A stretch of 64,000 nucleotides of DNA from Obrimoposthia wandeli. Taxonomy: Eukaryota. The first letter of the stretch is position 1, and each line of letters starts with the position of its first letter. Both the position numbers and the translations under genes were made by a program. The notes beneath the pieces were generated by a model. The model saw only the letters and a program-made list of their open reading frames with translations, was not told the DNA's origin and made no database searches. Of this stretch, positions 1 through 11,235 are shown piece after piece. Where the stretch lies: positions 1 through 64,000 of the forward strand of contig CDROCS010006454.1 in NCBI GenBank assembly GCA_977020255.1, written 5' to 3'.

Positions 1-331
1 CACGCCATGGAAATGGATGTAATCCATCCTTTTGGCGAATAGTATGCAATTGATCTCGTCGACCGGTTAATATTTTATGTGGGTAGGCTTGATGTCCAAC
101 ATCCCAAATCAAATGATCAAAAGGCGTGTTGTAGACATAATGCAGGGCAACGGTTAATTCAATAGTGCCTAATCCAGAGGCAAAGTGGCCACTACTTTTA
201 CTGACTGAATTTAACAGGTAACGTCTTAATTCTTCACTGGTTTGTGTAAGTTTTTTTTGATCTAGTTTTCGTAAATCATCAGGAGTATCGATGTTACTCA
301 GCAAAGGGTATTCAGTTAGGTTTATAGTCAT
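1..331 (-). CDS. dxs: 1-deoxy-D-xylulose-5-phosphate synthase, N-terminal part (runs off window start)
   Basis: Manual translation from ATG at 331: [11 protein letters not shown]...[46 protein letters not shown], the DXS signature; directly downstream of ispA. Confidence 0.96.
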   Translation of the reverse strand, partial: MTINLTEYPLLSNIDTPDDLRKLDQKKLTQTSEELRRYLLNSVSKSSGHFASGLGTIELTVALHYVYNTPFDHLIWDVGHQAYPHKILTGRRDQLHTIRQKDGLHPFPWR

Positions 332-353
332 ATTATTCTATTAAGTTTAAATA

Positions 354-1244
354 TTAATGCTTGCGACTAACAATGAAAGTCGCAAAATCGGACAAGCTTT
401 GTGTATTGTAGGGCAAAGTGGTTAAAGCTTGAAGCGCTTGTTGATATAAGTTTTCTGCTTTTTCTTGTGCGCCTTGTAAACCCAACAACGCAGGATAAGT
501 ACTTTTATTAGCTGCTAGGTCTGAGCCTGCCGGTTTACCGAGTTCTTCTTCGGTAGACGTTATATCGATTATATCATCGCGTACTTGGTAAGCTAAGCCG
601 ATAAGTTTAGCATATTTTGCCAATTGTACTTTATCGAATTTACTTGCTTTAATACTGCATTCTGCTGCCATCATCACTGAAGCTTCAAGCAGTGCGCCAG
701 TTTTTAAAGAATGTAGATTTTCTAACTCTACTAGAGAAATCGTTTTATCGGTCGCCGCTAAATCTAAGGCTTGGCCGCCACACATGCCTTGGTAACCCGC
801 AGCATTAACAAGATAGCGCAGTAAGTTAATACGTTTATTGCTTACGGCGGCAGAAAAGTGATGGTTGGCAATAATATCAAAAGCTAACGTTTGCAAACTA
901 TCACCGGCAAGAATCGCGGTCGCCTCATCAAACGCTTTGTGACACGTAGGCTGGCCACGGCGTAGATCATCGTCATCCATTGCTGGTAAATCATCGTGCA
1001 ATAATGAATAAGCATGAATACATTCTATTGCGGCAGCTACCCCATCAATATCACTTTGTTCAGCATCTAATGCTTCACCGGTAATATAAGCTAAATAAGG
1101 ACGCATGCGCTTGCCACCAATAAGAAGACCATAGCGCATAGCGGCTAATAATCTTTCGTCGTTGACAGGCAAACTGGTTAGCTTTTCTGTTAAATAATGG
1201 TCAATGCGCACTTGTACAGCATCAATATTCGAAAGTTTAGTCAC
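354..1244 (-). CDS. ispA: Farnesyl diphosphate synthase (geranyltranstransferase)
   Basis: GGKRMRP, LLHDDLPAMDDDDLRRG and QVRDDIID motifs; xseB-ispA-dxs operon. Confidence 0.96.
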   Translation of the reverse strand: MTKLSNIDAVQVRIDHYLTEKLTSLPVNDERLLAAMRYGLLIGGKRMRPYLAYITGEALDAEQSDIDGVAAAIECIHAYSLLHDDLPAMDDDDLRRGQPTCHKAFDEATAILAGDSLQTLAFDIIANHHFSAAVSNKRINLLRYLVNAAGYQGMCGGQALDLAATDKTISLVELENLHSLKTGALLEASVMMAAECSIKASKFDKVQLAKYAKLIGLAYQVRDDIIDITSTEEELGKPAGSDLAANKSTYPALLGLQGAQEKAENLYQQALQALTTLPYNTQSLSDFATFIVSRKH

Positions 1245-1491
1245 TGCTTGAAGTCTCGTCGGCGGTAAATTTTTCTAACTGTGCTTGACCGTTTTTTGCT
1301 AACAAAATATTGATTTGCTGCTCGGCACCTTTAAGCTTTTCTTGATTATGTTGGCTTAGATGCAGTCCGCGTTCAAATAAGGTCATAGAATCTTCAAGGT
1401 TAAGATCACCTTGTTCTAAATTTTGCACGATTGTTTCTAATTCAATTAATGATTCTTCGAAGCTTAAATTTTCAATTTTTTTTCTGGCCAT
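1237..1491 (-). CDS. xseB: Exodeoxyribonuclease VII small subunit
   Basis: SFEESLIELETIVQNLEQGDLNLEDSMTLFERG; overlaps ispA start. Confidence 0.95.
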   Translation of the reverse strand: MARKKIENLSFEESLIELETIVQNLEQGDLNLEDSMTLFERGLHLSQHNQEKLKGAEQQINILLAKNGQAQLEKFTADETSSSD

Positions 1492-1726
1492 GGACTTTTT
1501 TTAGCGTGATATGAACTCTAGGCGCAAACTTACCTTAGCTGGAGCGCTGGGTCAATTAATGATGAATTTCAGTCGAACGGTTAAATAATATCACTACCTT
1601 GTTAAGTTATTGACAATATGGGCGATAATAGAACTACAGCAAGAAATATAAGTATTCGCGAAACCTCAATTCATCAGGTATTATCAACATAGCGCGTACA
1701 TCAAAGAAAATTTATCGGAGGCATTT

Positions 1727-2491
1727 GTGGATTTAGCAACGTTAATAGGCATAGTCGGTGCAATAGGGTTACTGGTGATGGCGATGTTACTAGCCGGTGA
1801 CATTAGCATGTTTGTAGATATGCAATCGGTGATCATTGTATTTGGTGGCTCAATATTTGTTGTCTTATCCAATTATAATCTCGGACAGTTTTTTGGTATC
1901 GGGAAAATCATTGGTAAATCCTTCATGTTTAAATTAGAAAAGCCTGAAGAGTTAATTGAAAAATCAGTTGAAATGGCGGATGCCGCGCGCAAAGGTGGTT
2001 TTTTAGCCTTGGAAGAAGCCGAAATATCAAATGCTTTTATGCAAAAGGGTGTTGATATGCTCGTTGATGGCCATGACGCTGACGTCGTGCGAGCAACCAT
2101 GCAAAAGGATATCGACCTGACCACTGAACGTCATGAAACTGGCTCTAATATGATGATGGCATTAGCTGATGTTGCTCCCGCTATGGGCATGATTGGTACC
2201 TTGATTGGCTTGGTGGCTATGCTGTCAAATATGGATGATCCAAAAGCGATTGGTCCAGCCATGGCAGTAGCACTACTAACCACTTTATATGGCGCCTTTT
2301 TAGCCAACGTTATTGCCATTCCAATTGCCAACAAATTAAAATTACGTATGGCCGAAGAGAAAATGAATCAAGAATTAGTACTTGATGCAGTGCTCGGTAT
2401 TCAAGACGGTCAAAATCCACGCGTTATTGAAGGCCTGTTGAAAAATTATCTTGCTGAAGGTAAGCGAGCTATTAATACAACCGAAGAATAG
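1727..2491 (+). CDS. pomA: Na+-driven flagellar motor stator subunit PomA
   Basis: MDLATLIG start, APAMGMIGTLIGLVAML, IGPAMAVALLTTLYGA; GTG start with GGAGG RBS. Confidence 0.95.
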   Translation: MDLATLIGIVGAIGLLVMAMLLAGDISMFVDMQSVIIVFGGSIFVVLSNYNLGQFFGIGKIIGKSFMFKLEKPEELIEKSVEMADAARKGGFLALEEAEISNAFMQKGVDMLVDGHDADVVRATMQKDIDLTTERHETGSNMMMALADVAPAMGMIGTLIGLVAMLSNMDDPKAIGPAMAVALLTTLYGAFLANVIAIPIANKLKLRMAEEKMNQELVLDAVLGIQDGQNPRVIEGLLKNYLAEGKRAINTTEE

Positions 2492-2503
2492 CGGGAGTAA
2501 ATC

Positions 2504-3442
2504 ATGGCTGATAAATGTAAATGTCCACCTCCTGGGCTACCTGCATGGATGGGAACATTCGCTGACTTAATGTCGTTGTTGATGTGTTTCTTCGTCTTAC
2601 TTTTATCATTTTCTGAGATGGATGTTTTAAAATTTAAACAAATAGCGGGCTCAATGAAGTTCGCTTTTGGTGTTCAGAACAAGATAGAAGTTAAGGATAT
2701 TCCTAAGGGTACCAGCATTATTGCGCAAGAGTTTCGCCCAGGTAAGCCAGAACCAACCCCCATTGAAGTTATTCAGCAGCAAACCATGGAAATGACACAG
2801 CAGATGTTAGAATTTCAGGCTGGTGATGAAACTTCAGCCGGTGGTCGACAAGAGCAGCGCGGCACTGAGCGTGGTGGCCAGTCACAAAGTACCGCTGATG
2901 AAATGTCGGCAGAAGCGATGCAAAAAGCGAAAGATGAGTTAGAACAAGCGTCGCAAGAACAAGTGAATGAGCTGGTGAAAAAAATTGCTGAACAATTAGA
3001 ACAACAAATTCAAGATGGCGCTATCGAATTAGAGTCTTTAGGTCAGCAAGTTATCATTCGTATTCGTGAAAATGGCTCATTTCCGTCAGGCTCTGCATTT
3101 TTACAGCCGCAATTTAAACCTATCATGCGCGAAATTGGCTTGTTATTGAATACTGTGCCAGGCGAAATCATGATCTCAGGCAATACTGATAATCAAGGTA
3201 TCAACTCTGAGCTATTTACGTCTAACTGGGATCTTTCAAGTAAGCGTGCAGTGGCTATTGCTCATGAAATTATTAAAGTGCCGGACTTTGACCAATCTCG
3301 TTTACTTGTGGTTGGCCATGCCGATACTCGGCCATTAGTCCCCAATACTAATCGCTTAAATCGTCGCCGAAATCGTCGGGTGGAAATCGCGATTAATCAA
3401 GGTAAAGCGAAAGAAACCGAACCTATCTCAATTAGCCAGTAA
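2504..3442 (+). CDS. pomB: Flagellar motor stator subunit PomB/MotB
   Basis: PAWMGTFADLMSLLMCFFVLL TM motif with the conserved Asp; C-terminal OmpA-like domain (NWDLSSKRA, NRRVEI). Confidence 0.95.
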   Translation: MADKCKCPPPGLPAWMGTFADLMSLLMCFFVLLLSFSEMDVLKFKQIAGSMKFAFGVQNKIEVKDIPKGTSIIAQEFRPGKPEPTPIEVIQQQTMEMTQQMLEFQAGDETSAGGRQEQRGTERGGQSQSTADEMSAEAMQKAKDELEQASQEQVNELVKKIAEQLEQQIQDGAIELESLGQQVIIRIRENGSFPSGSAFLQPQFKPIMREIGLLLNTVPGEIMISGNTDNQGINSELFTSNWDLSSKRAVAIAHEIIKVPDFDQSRLLVVGHADTRPLVPNTNRLNRRRNRRVEIAINQGKAKETEPISISQ

Positions 3443-3474
3443 GGGCCATATCGGTTATGGCATTATTTGGGTAT

Positions 3475-3505
3475 AAAGGAGTACATGAGTTGTACTCCTT
3501 TTTTT
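3475..3505 (+). terminator. Intrinsic terminator after pomB
   Basis: AAAGGAGTACA-TGAGT-TGTACTCCTTT plus T run. Confidence 0.8.
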
Positions 3506-3747
3506 ATGGGCGTATTAGTTTGTAAAACGCTTTCTCTAGACGATAAAAATATCAGAGATTAATTTTTAAGCATTGATGGCTAAGGATTAATCGCCTTATG
3601 ACCCTAGTATGAGATTATAAGCTAATGTAATTCTCTCTTGAACTAAGGCTATTGCCGTGGAGATATTGGCTTTCGAACATGATCGTTGAAATTGCATATT
3701 GCAGTAGAACGGGTATATAATGCGCGCCATTCTATGTATGGGTATTA

Positions 3748-5208
3748 TTGTTAATGAAATTTATTGTTAAGTTACAGGCTGAAATTACCATTAAAAGCCG
3801 TCCGGTGCGTAAGCGTTTTACTAAGATATTAGAGTCTAGTATTAAGAATGTTTTACGTCGTGTTGATGAACAAGTGACAACACGAATGAACTGGGACAAT
3901 ATTGAAGTTAACACTGCCAATAACACACCAGAAAACCGCTTAAAATTAATTGATACGCTAAAGTCAATTCCAGGTATTCCTACATTTCTTGAAGTGCAAC
4001 AAACTGACTTCACAGATGTTCATGATATTTATGAGAAAACTTTAGCTGTTCATGCGAAAAATATCGAAAATAAAAGTTTTTGTGTCCGTGTTAAACGCAC
4101 CGGTAAGCACGACTTTAATTCGATTAAAGTTGAACAATATGTTGGTGGTGGTTTAAATCAACAAGTTGAATCAGCACGGGTTAAATTAACCAAACCAGAT
4201 GTGACGGTTTATTTAGAAATTAAAAACGAAAACTTGTTTATCGTTACTGAACGCCATAAAGGTATGGGCGGCTTTCCAATCGCTACTCAGGAAGACGTTT
4301 TATCATTAATGTCTGGCGGTTTTGATTCAGGTGTTGCCAGTTATCAAATGATCAAAAAAGGTGCACGCACGCATTATTGTTTCTTTAATTTAGGCGGCGC
4401 TGCGCACGAAGTTGGTGTTAAGCAAGTTAGCTATTATTTATGGAACAAGTTTGGCGCGTCACACAAAGTGAAGTTTTTCGCTGTCGATTTTGAACCTGTG
4501 GTTGCTGAAATTCTTGAAAACATTGAAAACGGTCAAATGGGTGTTGTACTTAAGCGCATGATGATGCGTGCCGCAGCTAAAATTGCCGATAAAATGGACA
4601 TTAAAGCATTAATTACCGGTGAAGCGGTAGGGCAAGTATCAAGCCAGACACTAACCAATTTGAACGTTATTGACCGTGTTACCGAAACTTTAATTTTACG
4701 TCCGCTTGTTGCTTACGATAAACAAGATATTATTGATATAGCTCGTAAGATTGGTACTGAAGATTTTGCTAAAACTATTCCTGAGTATTGTGGCGTTATT
4801 TCTAAAAAGCCAACCGTCAAAGCTGTGCTATCAAAAGTTGAAGCAGAAGAAGCTAATTTTGACTTTGCTGTTTTAGACAAGGTTATCGATGAAACACGCG
4901 TTTATGATATTCGTGATATCGGTAAAGAAAGTGAAGAAGAGATCCACGCGGTTGATACTCTAGATAATATTCCTGATAATGCGATTGTGCTCGACATTCG
5001 TAGCCCGGAAGAAGAAGATGACAACCCGTTAGAAATTGAAGCTGTAGAAGTACTACACTTACCATTTTATAAGTTATCGACTCAGTTTGGTGATTTAGAC
5101 AAGTCTAAAGATTATCTACTTTATTGTGACCAAGGCGTGATGAGTAAGCTACAAGCGCTATATTTGTTAGGTGCTGGCTTCACTAATGTGAAAGTTTATC
5201 GCCCTTAA
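3748..5208 (+). CDS. thiI: tRNA 4-thiouridine(8) synthase with C-terminal rhodanese domain (ATG at 3754 is the likely start)
   Basis: THUMP region, SGGFDS PP-loop, [17 protein letters not shown]-terminal YCDQGVMS. Confidence 0.96.
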   Translation: MLMKFIVKLQAEITIKSRPVRKRFTKILESSIKNVLRRVDEQVTTRMNWDNIEVNTANNTPENRLKLIDTLKSIPGIPTFLEVQQTDFTDVHDIYEKTLAVHAKNIENKSFCVRVKRTGKHDFNSIKVEQYVGGGLNQQVESARVKLTKPDVTVYLEIKNENLFIVTERHKGMGGFPIATQEDVLSLMSGGFDSGVASYQMIKKGARTHYCFFNLGGAAHEVGVKQVSYYLWNKFGASHKVKFFAVDFEPVVAEILENIENGQMGVVLKRMMMRAAAKIADKMDIKALITGEAVGQVSSQTLTNLNVIDRVTETLILRPLVAYDKQDIIDIARKIGTEDFAKTIPEYCGVISKKPTVKAVLSKVEAEEANFDFAVLDKVIDETRVYDIRDIGKESEEEIHAVDTLDNIPDNAIVLDIRSPEEEDDNPLEIEAVEVLHLPFYKLSTQFGDLDKSKDYLLYCDQGVMSKLQALYLLGAGFTNVKVYRP

Positions 5209-5227
5209 TCAATACCGCATATTTAAT

Positions 5228-5268
5228 AAAAAAGCCCTTAAGCAATGAATTGTTTAAGGGCTTTTTTT
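5228..5268. terminator. Bidirectional intrinsic terminator between thiI and panE
   Basis: AAAAAAGCCCTTAAGCAAT...ATTGTTTAAGGGCTTTTTTT between convergent genes. Confidence 0.8.
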
Positions 5269-5350
5269 ATAGCTACAGTGAGTGCGGATTATTGGGCTTA
5301 AGTACGGTACTTAAGTTAAGTGTGCGCTACTCAAGTGTGCAGTATTCAAG

Positions 5351-6253
5351 TTACTGTCGCTCTAAGGTTTTAACTTGTTGCACTAGCTTTTCATTTTCGG
5401 GTGCTGTTAGCTGATGTTTCGCTGCTAAATCGACGATATAACCATTGATATAATCAATTTCAGTGTTACGTTGTTGGAGAACATCACTGCGCATTGACGA
5501 GCAATTTTTTGTGGTTTTTTCCGCTACTGACAACACTTGGGCTGTTAACTCATTAATCGTGAAGTGTAGACCTTGATAACTAGCGATGGTAATAATTTCA
5601 GCGAGTAAGCTCTCAATGAGTGTCGTGTACTTATCGTTAAGTATTTGACCATTATCGATATTATCAATTGCAGTTATGGGGTTGATAATGCAATTGATTG
5701 CTAATTTTAACCATTGTTTTTCTTTTATATTATTGCCTAATGTTAACGTTGGTAATGCCTTGGTTAGTATCCGTAACATATTCTCTTGTTTTATTGGGCA
5801 AGCCTTACCTCTGATTAAACCTAAGTCATTGTGCCCTAACCCTGTGTGTTGGGCATGAAACGGCTGTAAAACTTTACTGGCGTGTGTGGTCAGTAATGCA
5901 TAGCAAGGTTGCGTCAAAGTGTTAAACTTTTCGATATCGACCATACCATTGTGGCAAAAAATAATACTCGCACTCGGATTAAATTTCTTGGCTAGTGACG
6001 TTAATACGGAGTCAAGGTGGTACGATTTTACACAGATCAATATAAGCTCAGCATTACTTAGCTTTTCATCGTCTGAAAGTATTAATCGACTTTTTGTTGT
6101 TTGATTGTTGATATCAGTAAAATGGGTCTCAAGTGGCGGCTGTTGTACTCGAGATGAGCAAGCTAAGCTGAGATTATTATTTATGTCTTTTGTTAACTGA
6201 TGATACCAAAGCAAACCAATGGCTCCTTGCCCGACAATAGTAATATTCATCAT
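5351..6253 (-). CDS. panE: 2-dehydropantoate 2-reductase
   Basis: GQGAIG Rossmann motif, ICVKSY, HNGM, WLKLAINCIINP, SSMRSD, TEIDYING. Confidence 0.92.
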   Translation of the reverse strand: MMNITIVGQGAIGLLWYHQLTKDINNNLSLACSSRVQQPPLETHFTDINNQTTKSRLILSDDEKLSNAELILICVKSYHLDSVLTSLAKKFNPSASIIFCHNGMVDIEKFNTLTQPCYALLTTHASKVLQPFHAQHTGLGHNDLGLIRGKACPIKQENMLRILTKALPTLTLGNNIKEKQWLKLAINCIINPITAIDNIDNGQILNDKYTTLIESLLAEIITIASYQGLHFTINELTAQVLSVAEKTTKNCSSMRSDVLQQRNTEIDYINGYIVDLAAKHQLTAPENEKLVQQVKTLERQ

Positions 6254-6630
6254 GATGGCCTATTACTTGAACGATTACGATACATTAAAATCCCCCAGCG
6301 TATCGTAGCAAAAATGGCGATGCCGATTAAGTCAGCAATAAAATCAGTAAACTCGGCGCTGCGAAAACCTAAGTAATATTGACCCAACTCAGTTAATGCC
6401 CCATAAAAAGCGACAGTTATCATAGTATTAAATAAAGGCAGTTTTAATATGCTGTGCAAGACCCAAGTTAAACAAAGAAAGCTAATAATGTGACCAATAG
6501 AGTCGATTTGCGTGCTACGAAAAGCAAGTCGTCTAAAGTCGGCAGAATAGAAATAGACGCAAAAAAATAAGCCGATAATAATGGCAAGAATAGATAAGTG
6601 ATAGCGACTTTTCATTGGTGTGTGGGTCAT
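6250..6630 (-). CDS. VanZ-family membrane protein
   Basis: DSIGHIISF...YGALTELGQYYLGFRSAEFTDFIADLIG pattern. Confidence 0.8.
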   Translation of the reverse strand: MTHTPMKSRYHLSILAIIIGLFFCVYFYSADFRRLAFRSTQIDSIGHIISFLCLTWVLHSILKLPLFNTMITVAFYGALTELGQYYLGFRSAEFTDFIADLIGIAIFATIRWGILMYRNRSSNRPS

Positions 6631-6908
6631 TATACTTTGCGAAAACAGATGCTATTTATCATATCAGGGCTAAGCACTGAAAACTATCACTGTTGTTTTA
6701 TGCTAATCGCGCGAAAGTTAGTCACTCAAGTGTTTTAATTTGTTTATGTTGCACTATGAGCGCATCATAAAAAGTAAAAATTATTATGTCGCTATATACA
6801 AATTTTACAATATTTAGGTGCTAAAGCCTGTGTTTACTATTTTCGGCATTGGTATTAATTTCATATATTGATAATATATGATTAATTTTAGTTAGATAGA
6901 GATTCATC

Positions 6909-7391
6909 ATGCCTTCAATGGATATCGTTTCCGAAATTAATTTGGAAGAAGTAAAAAACGCGACTGATAATGCCACTCGTGAACTCACCACTCGTTTCGA
7001 TTTTCGTGGATCCACAGCAAGCTTTGAATGGAAAAGTCCTGCCGTTACTATGAAAGGTGACTCCGATCATCAACTAAAGCAGATGGCTGATATGTTACGT
7101 GGACAATTAGTAAAAAGAAAAGTGGATGCTAAAGCATTAACATTGGGTAACGCTGAAAGCTCGGGCCGTAATTATAGCCAAGTAGCGACCTTCAAAGAGG
7201 GCATTGAGCAGCCTGTTGCTAAAAAAGTAGTTAAATTGATTAAAGACAGCAAACTAAAAGTACAGGCTTCTATTCAAGGCGAGCAAGTGCGTGTTACTGG
7301 TAAAAAACGTGATGATTTACAAGCTGTGATGCAATTACTAAGAGAAACAGAATTAGAGCAGTCATTTCAGTTTAATAACTTTAAAGACTAG
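6909..7391 (+). CDS. yajQ: YajQ-family nucleotide/c-di-GMP-binding protein
   Basis: [43 protein letters not shown]. Confidence 0.95.
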   Translation: MPSMDIVSEINLEEVKNATDNATRELTTRFDFRGSTASFEWKSPAVTMKGDSDHQLKQMADMLRGQLVKRKVDAKALTLGNAESSGRNYSQVATFKEGIEQPVAKKVVKLIKDSKLKVQASIQGEQVRVTGKKRDDLQAVMQLLRETELEQSFQFNNFKD

Positions 7392-7464
7392 CGCTATGCT
7401 CAACTTTCTAAGCTGCATGGTAGTTAATTAGCTAGGTAGTTAAGGTAGGTTATGATTTTATTTT

Positions 7465-7491
7465 AAAAAAGAGGCTTGAGCCTCTTTTTTT
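7465..7491 (+). terminator. Intrinsic terminator after yajQ
   Basis: AAAAAAGAGGC-TTGA-GCCTCTTTTTTT. Confidence 0.8.
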
Positions 7492-7720
7492 CGCTTTACT
7501 GAATGCACAAATGTGAATATTGAAAGCGAAGATGTACACAACAAATTTAAAAAAATACAAAAAACCTACTTATCGAGTGTAATTTAACCAGTAATTAAAT
7601 CTTTACGCGACGAAACGTCATAAAAACAGCTTTCATGACGTTTTTTAACAATAAACACTGTTTATTTCCTAATAGTTTGAGTAAATTAACTTATTCGAAT
7701 AATAATAATGATGGTTTTAA

Positions 7721-9067
7721 ATGGCTGCTTCTAGAGGTGCGTTCAGTTCTCGTTTTGGTTTTATCATGGCTGCTGCGGGTTCTGCCGTAGGGTTGGGTAA
7801 TATTTGGGGTTTTCCAACACAAACCGCAAGTAATGGTGGTGCAGCATTTGTACTGGTGTATTTAGTACTTGCCTTTTGTTTAGCGTATCCCGCTTTTATG
7901 GCGGAGCTACTCATTGGTCGATATGGCCAAGCGAACGCTGTAACGTCACTACAAAAAATATCACGTACTATCTTTCACAAGCGATTCGCTTTTGTTGTTG
8001 GTTTTGGTGGCATTATTTGTGCTGCTTTAATTCTCAGTTTTTATGGCATTTTAGCGGGTTGGATGATGTCGTATGCTGTAGAGCCCTTTGCTCGCTTGTT
8101 AGGCGTGGACTCTGCTGCTGATTGGGTGATCGCGCAGTCATTACCGCGTAATTTATTCTTTTGTGCTTTGTTTATGTTTCTGACTATTTTTATCATTCGC
8201 CGTGGTGTTGAAGACGGTATTGAAAAATGGTCGAAGCGACTTATGCCTCTGTTGATTTTTTTACTGTTAGGTTTAATTTCTTACGTGATGACATTAGAAG
8301 GCGCTAGAGAAGGCGTTAATGCTTATCTAAACCCTGATATTAGCCGTGTACTTGAACCTGATTTACTAATTAGTGCACTAGGGCAGGCATTTTTCTCATT
8401 GTCGCTAGGCACAAGTGTGATGGTGATTTACGGCTCTTATATCTCTAAAAAAGAAAATTTAGTCACCTTAGGCGCACAAGTGACCTTAATAGATGTGTCT
8501 ATCGCATTCTTAGCCGGACTACTGATCATTCCATCAATGTATGTCGCACAAGCGCAAGGTGTCGCGATATTTGCAGAAGACGGCAGTTTGATCTCAGGCT
8601 CAAGCTTAGTGTTCACGGTTTTACCTAGCTTGTTTAACAGCATGGGCAGTATTGGTTTATATGTCGCATTAGCCTTTTTTATCCTTATGTCTGTTGCCGC
8701 ACTAACTTCTTCAATTTCCATGCTTGAAGGACCTGTATCTTATGCGGTAGAGCGCCATAACATGGAACGTAAAAAAGTGACTACTTATATCGGTATTGGT
8801 ATTTTTGTTTTAAGCGCGATTATTATTTTTAATATTAGTTTTATGCTCGATTTTGTCGCGATATTAGCCACGCAATACGGCCAGCCAATTATCGCTATGC
8901 TGTGTTGTGTATTCGCCGGATGGATTTGGTTTCGTAATGATATTCTTACTGAGCTTAAACAAGGTAACGAAATGGTCGAACATTCATTATTTTGGAAAAT
9001 TTGGCCTTGGTATACCAAGTTTGTTTGTCCAACGGCAATTGCAATTGTGTTCTGGCACTCACTGTAA
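7721..9067 (+). CDS. Sodium-dependent transporter, neurotransmitter:sodium symporter (NSS) family
   Basis: GSAVGLGNIWGFP, GGAAFVLVY, ALGQAFFSLSLG motifs. Confidence 0.92.
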   Translation: MAASRGAFSSRFGFIMAAAGSAVGLGNIWGFPTQTASNGGAAFVLVYLVLAFCLAYPAFMAELLIGRYGQANAVTSLQKISRTIFHKRFAFVVGFGGIICAALILSFYGILAGWMMSYAVEPFARLLGVDSAADWVIAQSLPRNLFFCALFMFLTIFIIRRGVEDGIEKWSKRLMPLLIFLLLGLISYVMTLEGAREGVNAYLNPDISRVLEPDLLISALGQAFFSLSLGTSVMVIYGSYISKKENLVTLGAQVTLIDVSIAFLAGLLIIPSMYVAQAQGVAIFAEDGSLISGSSLVFTVLPSLFNSMGSIGLYVALAFFILMSVAALTSSISMLEGPVSYAVERHNMERKKVTTYIGIGIFVLSAIIIFNISFMLDFVAILATQYGQPIIAMLCCVFAGWIWFRNDILTELKQGNEMVEHSLFWKIWPWYTKFVCPTAIAIVFWHSL

Positions 9068-9094
9068 GCGAATAACGTTAACGCTTAGTCATTG

Positions 9095-9122
9095 AAAAGG
9101 GAGCTATTTAGCTCCCTTTTTT
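9095..9122. terminator. Bidirectional terminator between the NSS transporter and the RluA-family gene
   Basis: AAAAGGGAGCT-ATTT-AGCTCCCTTTTTT. Confidence 0.8.
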
Positions 9123-9172
9123 ATACGTTGCTTTTACTGTACTGATACACCGTTGTGCTCAATGGCTTCACA

Positions 9173-9877
9173 TTAAAATGTCGGCCATGGTAGCTGCCAA
9201 GGAGGCGTTAGCTTATTGATAACATCGAGCGTTGATGGGGCATTAAAAACACGGCCATTACTCGGCGCCAAGCAATATTGATATGGTTGCTGGTTTAAGC
9301 TAAAGCTTAAGGCAAAGGCATGCAGATAACCTCTATCGGCATCCTCGACATTGTTATAAAGTGCATCGCCAAATATAGGAACGCCAATGCTATTAAGTGC
9401 TACTCTAATTTGGTGGGTTTTACCTGAATGTGGCTTGATTAAGTAAAGGCGCTGCTTTGGCGCAATGCTATAAGAAAAAAACTGACTAACGGCTGGGTTG
9501 TCCATCGTTCTCAGCAATTTCCACATGCCTCTGCGGCTTTTTTCCATATCACCTTTAATGACACCTTGCTTTTTCTTTGGCTTACCTTCTGCAATCGCAA
9601 GGTAGTACTTCTGTATTTGGTGTTGTTCAAACTGTTGTTGAAACGCTCTTGCCGTCGCGCTATTTTTAGCGACCAGTATCAATCCTGATGTCATTTTGTC
9701 TAGGCGATGAACCGGGTAGAGCTCTGTGATAGAAAATTGCGCTGCTAATTGTGCTTTTATTTGTGAGAAAAAACCACTACCGACGTTTTCTTCATCATGA
9801 AAGCCAATGTTGGCCGGTTTATCAATCACCAAAAAATCAGCTTGGTGATCGACAATAGTAAATTGTTGTTCTGTCAT
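9173..9877 (-). CDS. RluA-family pseudouridine synthase (short form)
   Basis: VIDKP, VHRLDKMTSG catalytic motif, GKTHQIRV, PIFGDALY. Confidence 0.92.
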   Translation of the reverse strand: MTEQQFTIVDHQADFLVIDKPANIGFHDEENVGSGFFSQIKAQLAAQFSITELYPVHRLDKMTSGLILVAKNSATARAFQQQFEQHQIQKYYLAIAEGKPKKKQGVIKGDMEKSRRGMWKLLRTMDNPAVSQFFSYSIAPKQRLYLIKPHSGKTHQIRVALNSIGVPIFGDALYNNVEDADRGYLHAFALSFSLNQQPYQYCLAPSNGRVFNAPSTLDVINKLTPPWQLPWPTF

Positions 9878-11235
9878 TAAAAGCTTAATCCAATGATGAT
9901 ATAAGTGATCAAAGTAATTAATGCGCCAAATAGTGCATAAGGCAATTGGGTTTTCACATGTTCAAAATGATCACAGCCACTAGCAATGGAAGCGACAACG
10001 GTAGTGTCAGAAATTGGCGAGGCATGGTCACCAAAAATACCACCACCCAGTACAGCTGCCACTAAAAACTCAATAGGTAAACCACTTTGTTGCGCAATCG
10101 GTACAGCAATAGGGATGAGTATCGCAAATGTGCCCCAAGAGGTGCCTGTAGCAAATGCCATAAAAGCTGCGACAACAAATAGTATTGGAGCCATAAGAAA
10201 CAAAGGAACTTCAACATTAATTAATTGGCTGACATAAACCCCGGTACCTAGCGCCTTAATGGCATCGCCGAAGGCAAAAGATAAGACCAAAATGGCGACA
10301 ACAGGTGACATGTGCTTAATGCCAGTAATGATACTTTTGAATACGTTAGTAAACGACATGACTTTATAGCTTAAAATAAGCGTGACTAGTAGTGTGAGGG
10401 CAGCCATGACTGACCAAAATACTGAAAAAGCGCCTGAGCCACGGCGTATATCTCCGTCGCCGGTGTGCCAAAGTAAGATAAAAGTACCCATTAATAGGGT
10501 TAGCATAGGTAGCCACATAATTAAAGCTGGAGCGACATGGTCAATCGTTGTTTTTTGCTTTTCCTCTACCAATGACTCAGCACGTTTTAATGGTCCGAAA
10601 ACTCTACCACTAAAGGCAGTGTAATAAGCTAAGGCCACAGCGACAATGGCATAAATGTTGTAGCCGATAGTGCCAATTAAAATACCCACAGGATCGTCAA
10701 ACGAATAACCATCTAGTAAGCCTAAAACATAAGCGCCCCAGCCGTTCACCAAAAATAAAATGCTGACTGGCGCACAAGTAGAGTCAACGAGATAAGCTAA
10801 CCTAGCTCGGCTCAATTTATGGTGATCAAATAGTTTTTGGCTCGACATACCCGCGGTAAACATACTTAGATTAGTGTCGGTAAATATGGTGGTACCAATA
10901 ACTGTGGGCAACATGGCTGCTTGTCGACTGTTTTTCACCAAGTTTAATGAGGCAAGGTGGTTAATAAAGCCATTTACAGCGCCTGACTGATTCATTAGGG
11001 TCACTAATGCACCAATCAAAAGGCTAAAAGTTATGATGTAAACATTACCAAGCGAATAAAAAACGCCTGCAACGCCTGTACTTGTCGCTATAATGCTATC
11101 AATAGGTTGCCCATTCGATATCATTAAATGGCAAAGGGCGACACCACAAAAAAGTGCGAAAAGTGCATTTTTTCGCCATATAGCGATGATGATAGCCACT
11201 AGTGGCGGGAGTAAGCTAAAAATGCTGTCTTGCAT
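9877..11235 (-). CDS. Na+/H+ antiporter NhaC-family transporter
   Basis: SLLPPLVAI, LAYLVDSTCAP, ATGTSWGTFAI, GIFGDHASPISDTT, HVKTQLPYA. Confidence 0.9.
   Translation of the reverse strand: MQDSIFSLLPPLVAIIIAIWRKNALFALFCGVALCHLMISNGQPIDSIIATSTGVAGVFYSLGNVYIITFSLLIGALVTLMNQSGAVNGFINHLASLNLVKNSRQAAMLPTVIGTTIFTDTNLSMFTAGMSSQKLFDHHKLSRARLAYLVDSTCAPVSILFLVNGWGAYVLGLLDGYSFDDPVGILIGTIGYNIYAIVAVALAYYTAFSGRVFGPLKRAESLVEEKQKTTIDHVAPALIMWLPMLTLLMGTFILLWHTGDGDIRRGSGAFSVFWSVMAALTLLVTLILSYKVMSFTNVFKSIITGIKHMSPVVAILVLSFAFGDAIKALGTGVYVSQLINVEVPLFLMAPILFVVAAFMAFATGTSWGTFAILIPIAVPIAQQSGLPIEFLVAAVLGGGIFGDHASPISDTTVVASIASGCDHFEHVKTQLPYALFGALITLITYIIIGLSF

Noticed and set aside
3466-3475. TTTGGGTATA as a MITE end after pomB
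   Set aside because: Only a 9-10 bp match with no partner TIR nearby
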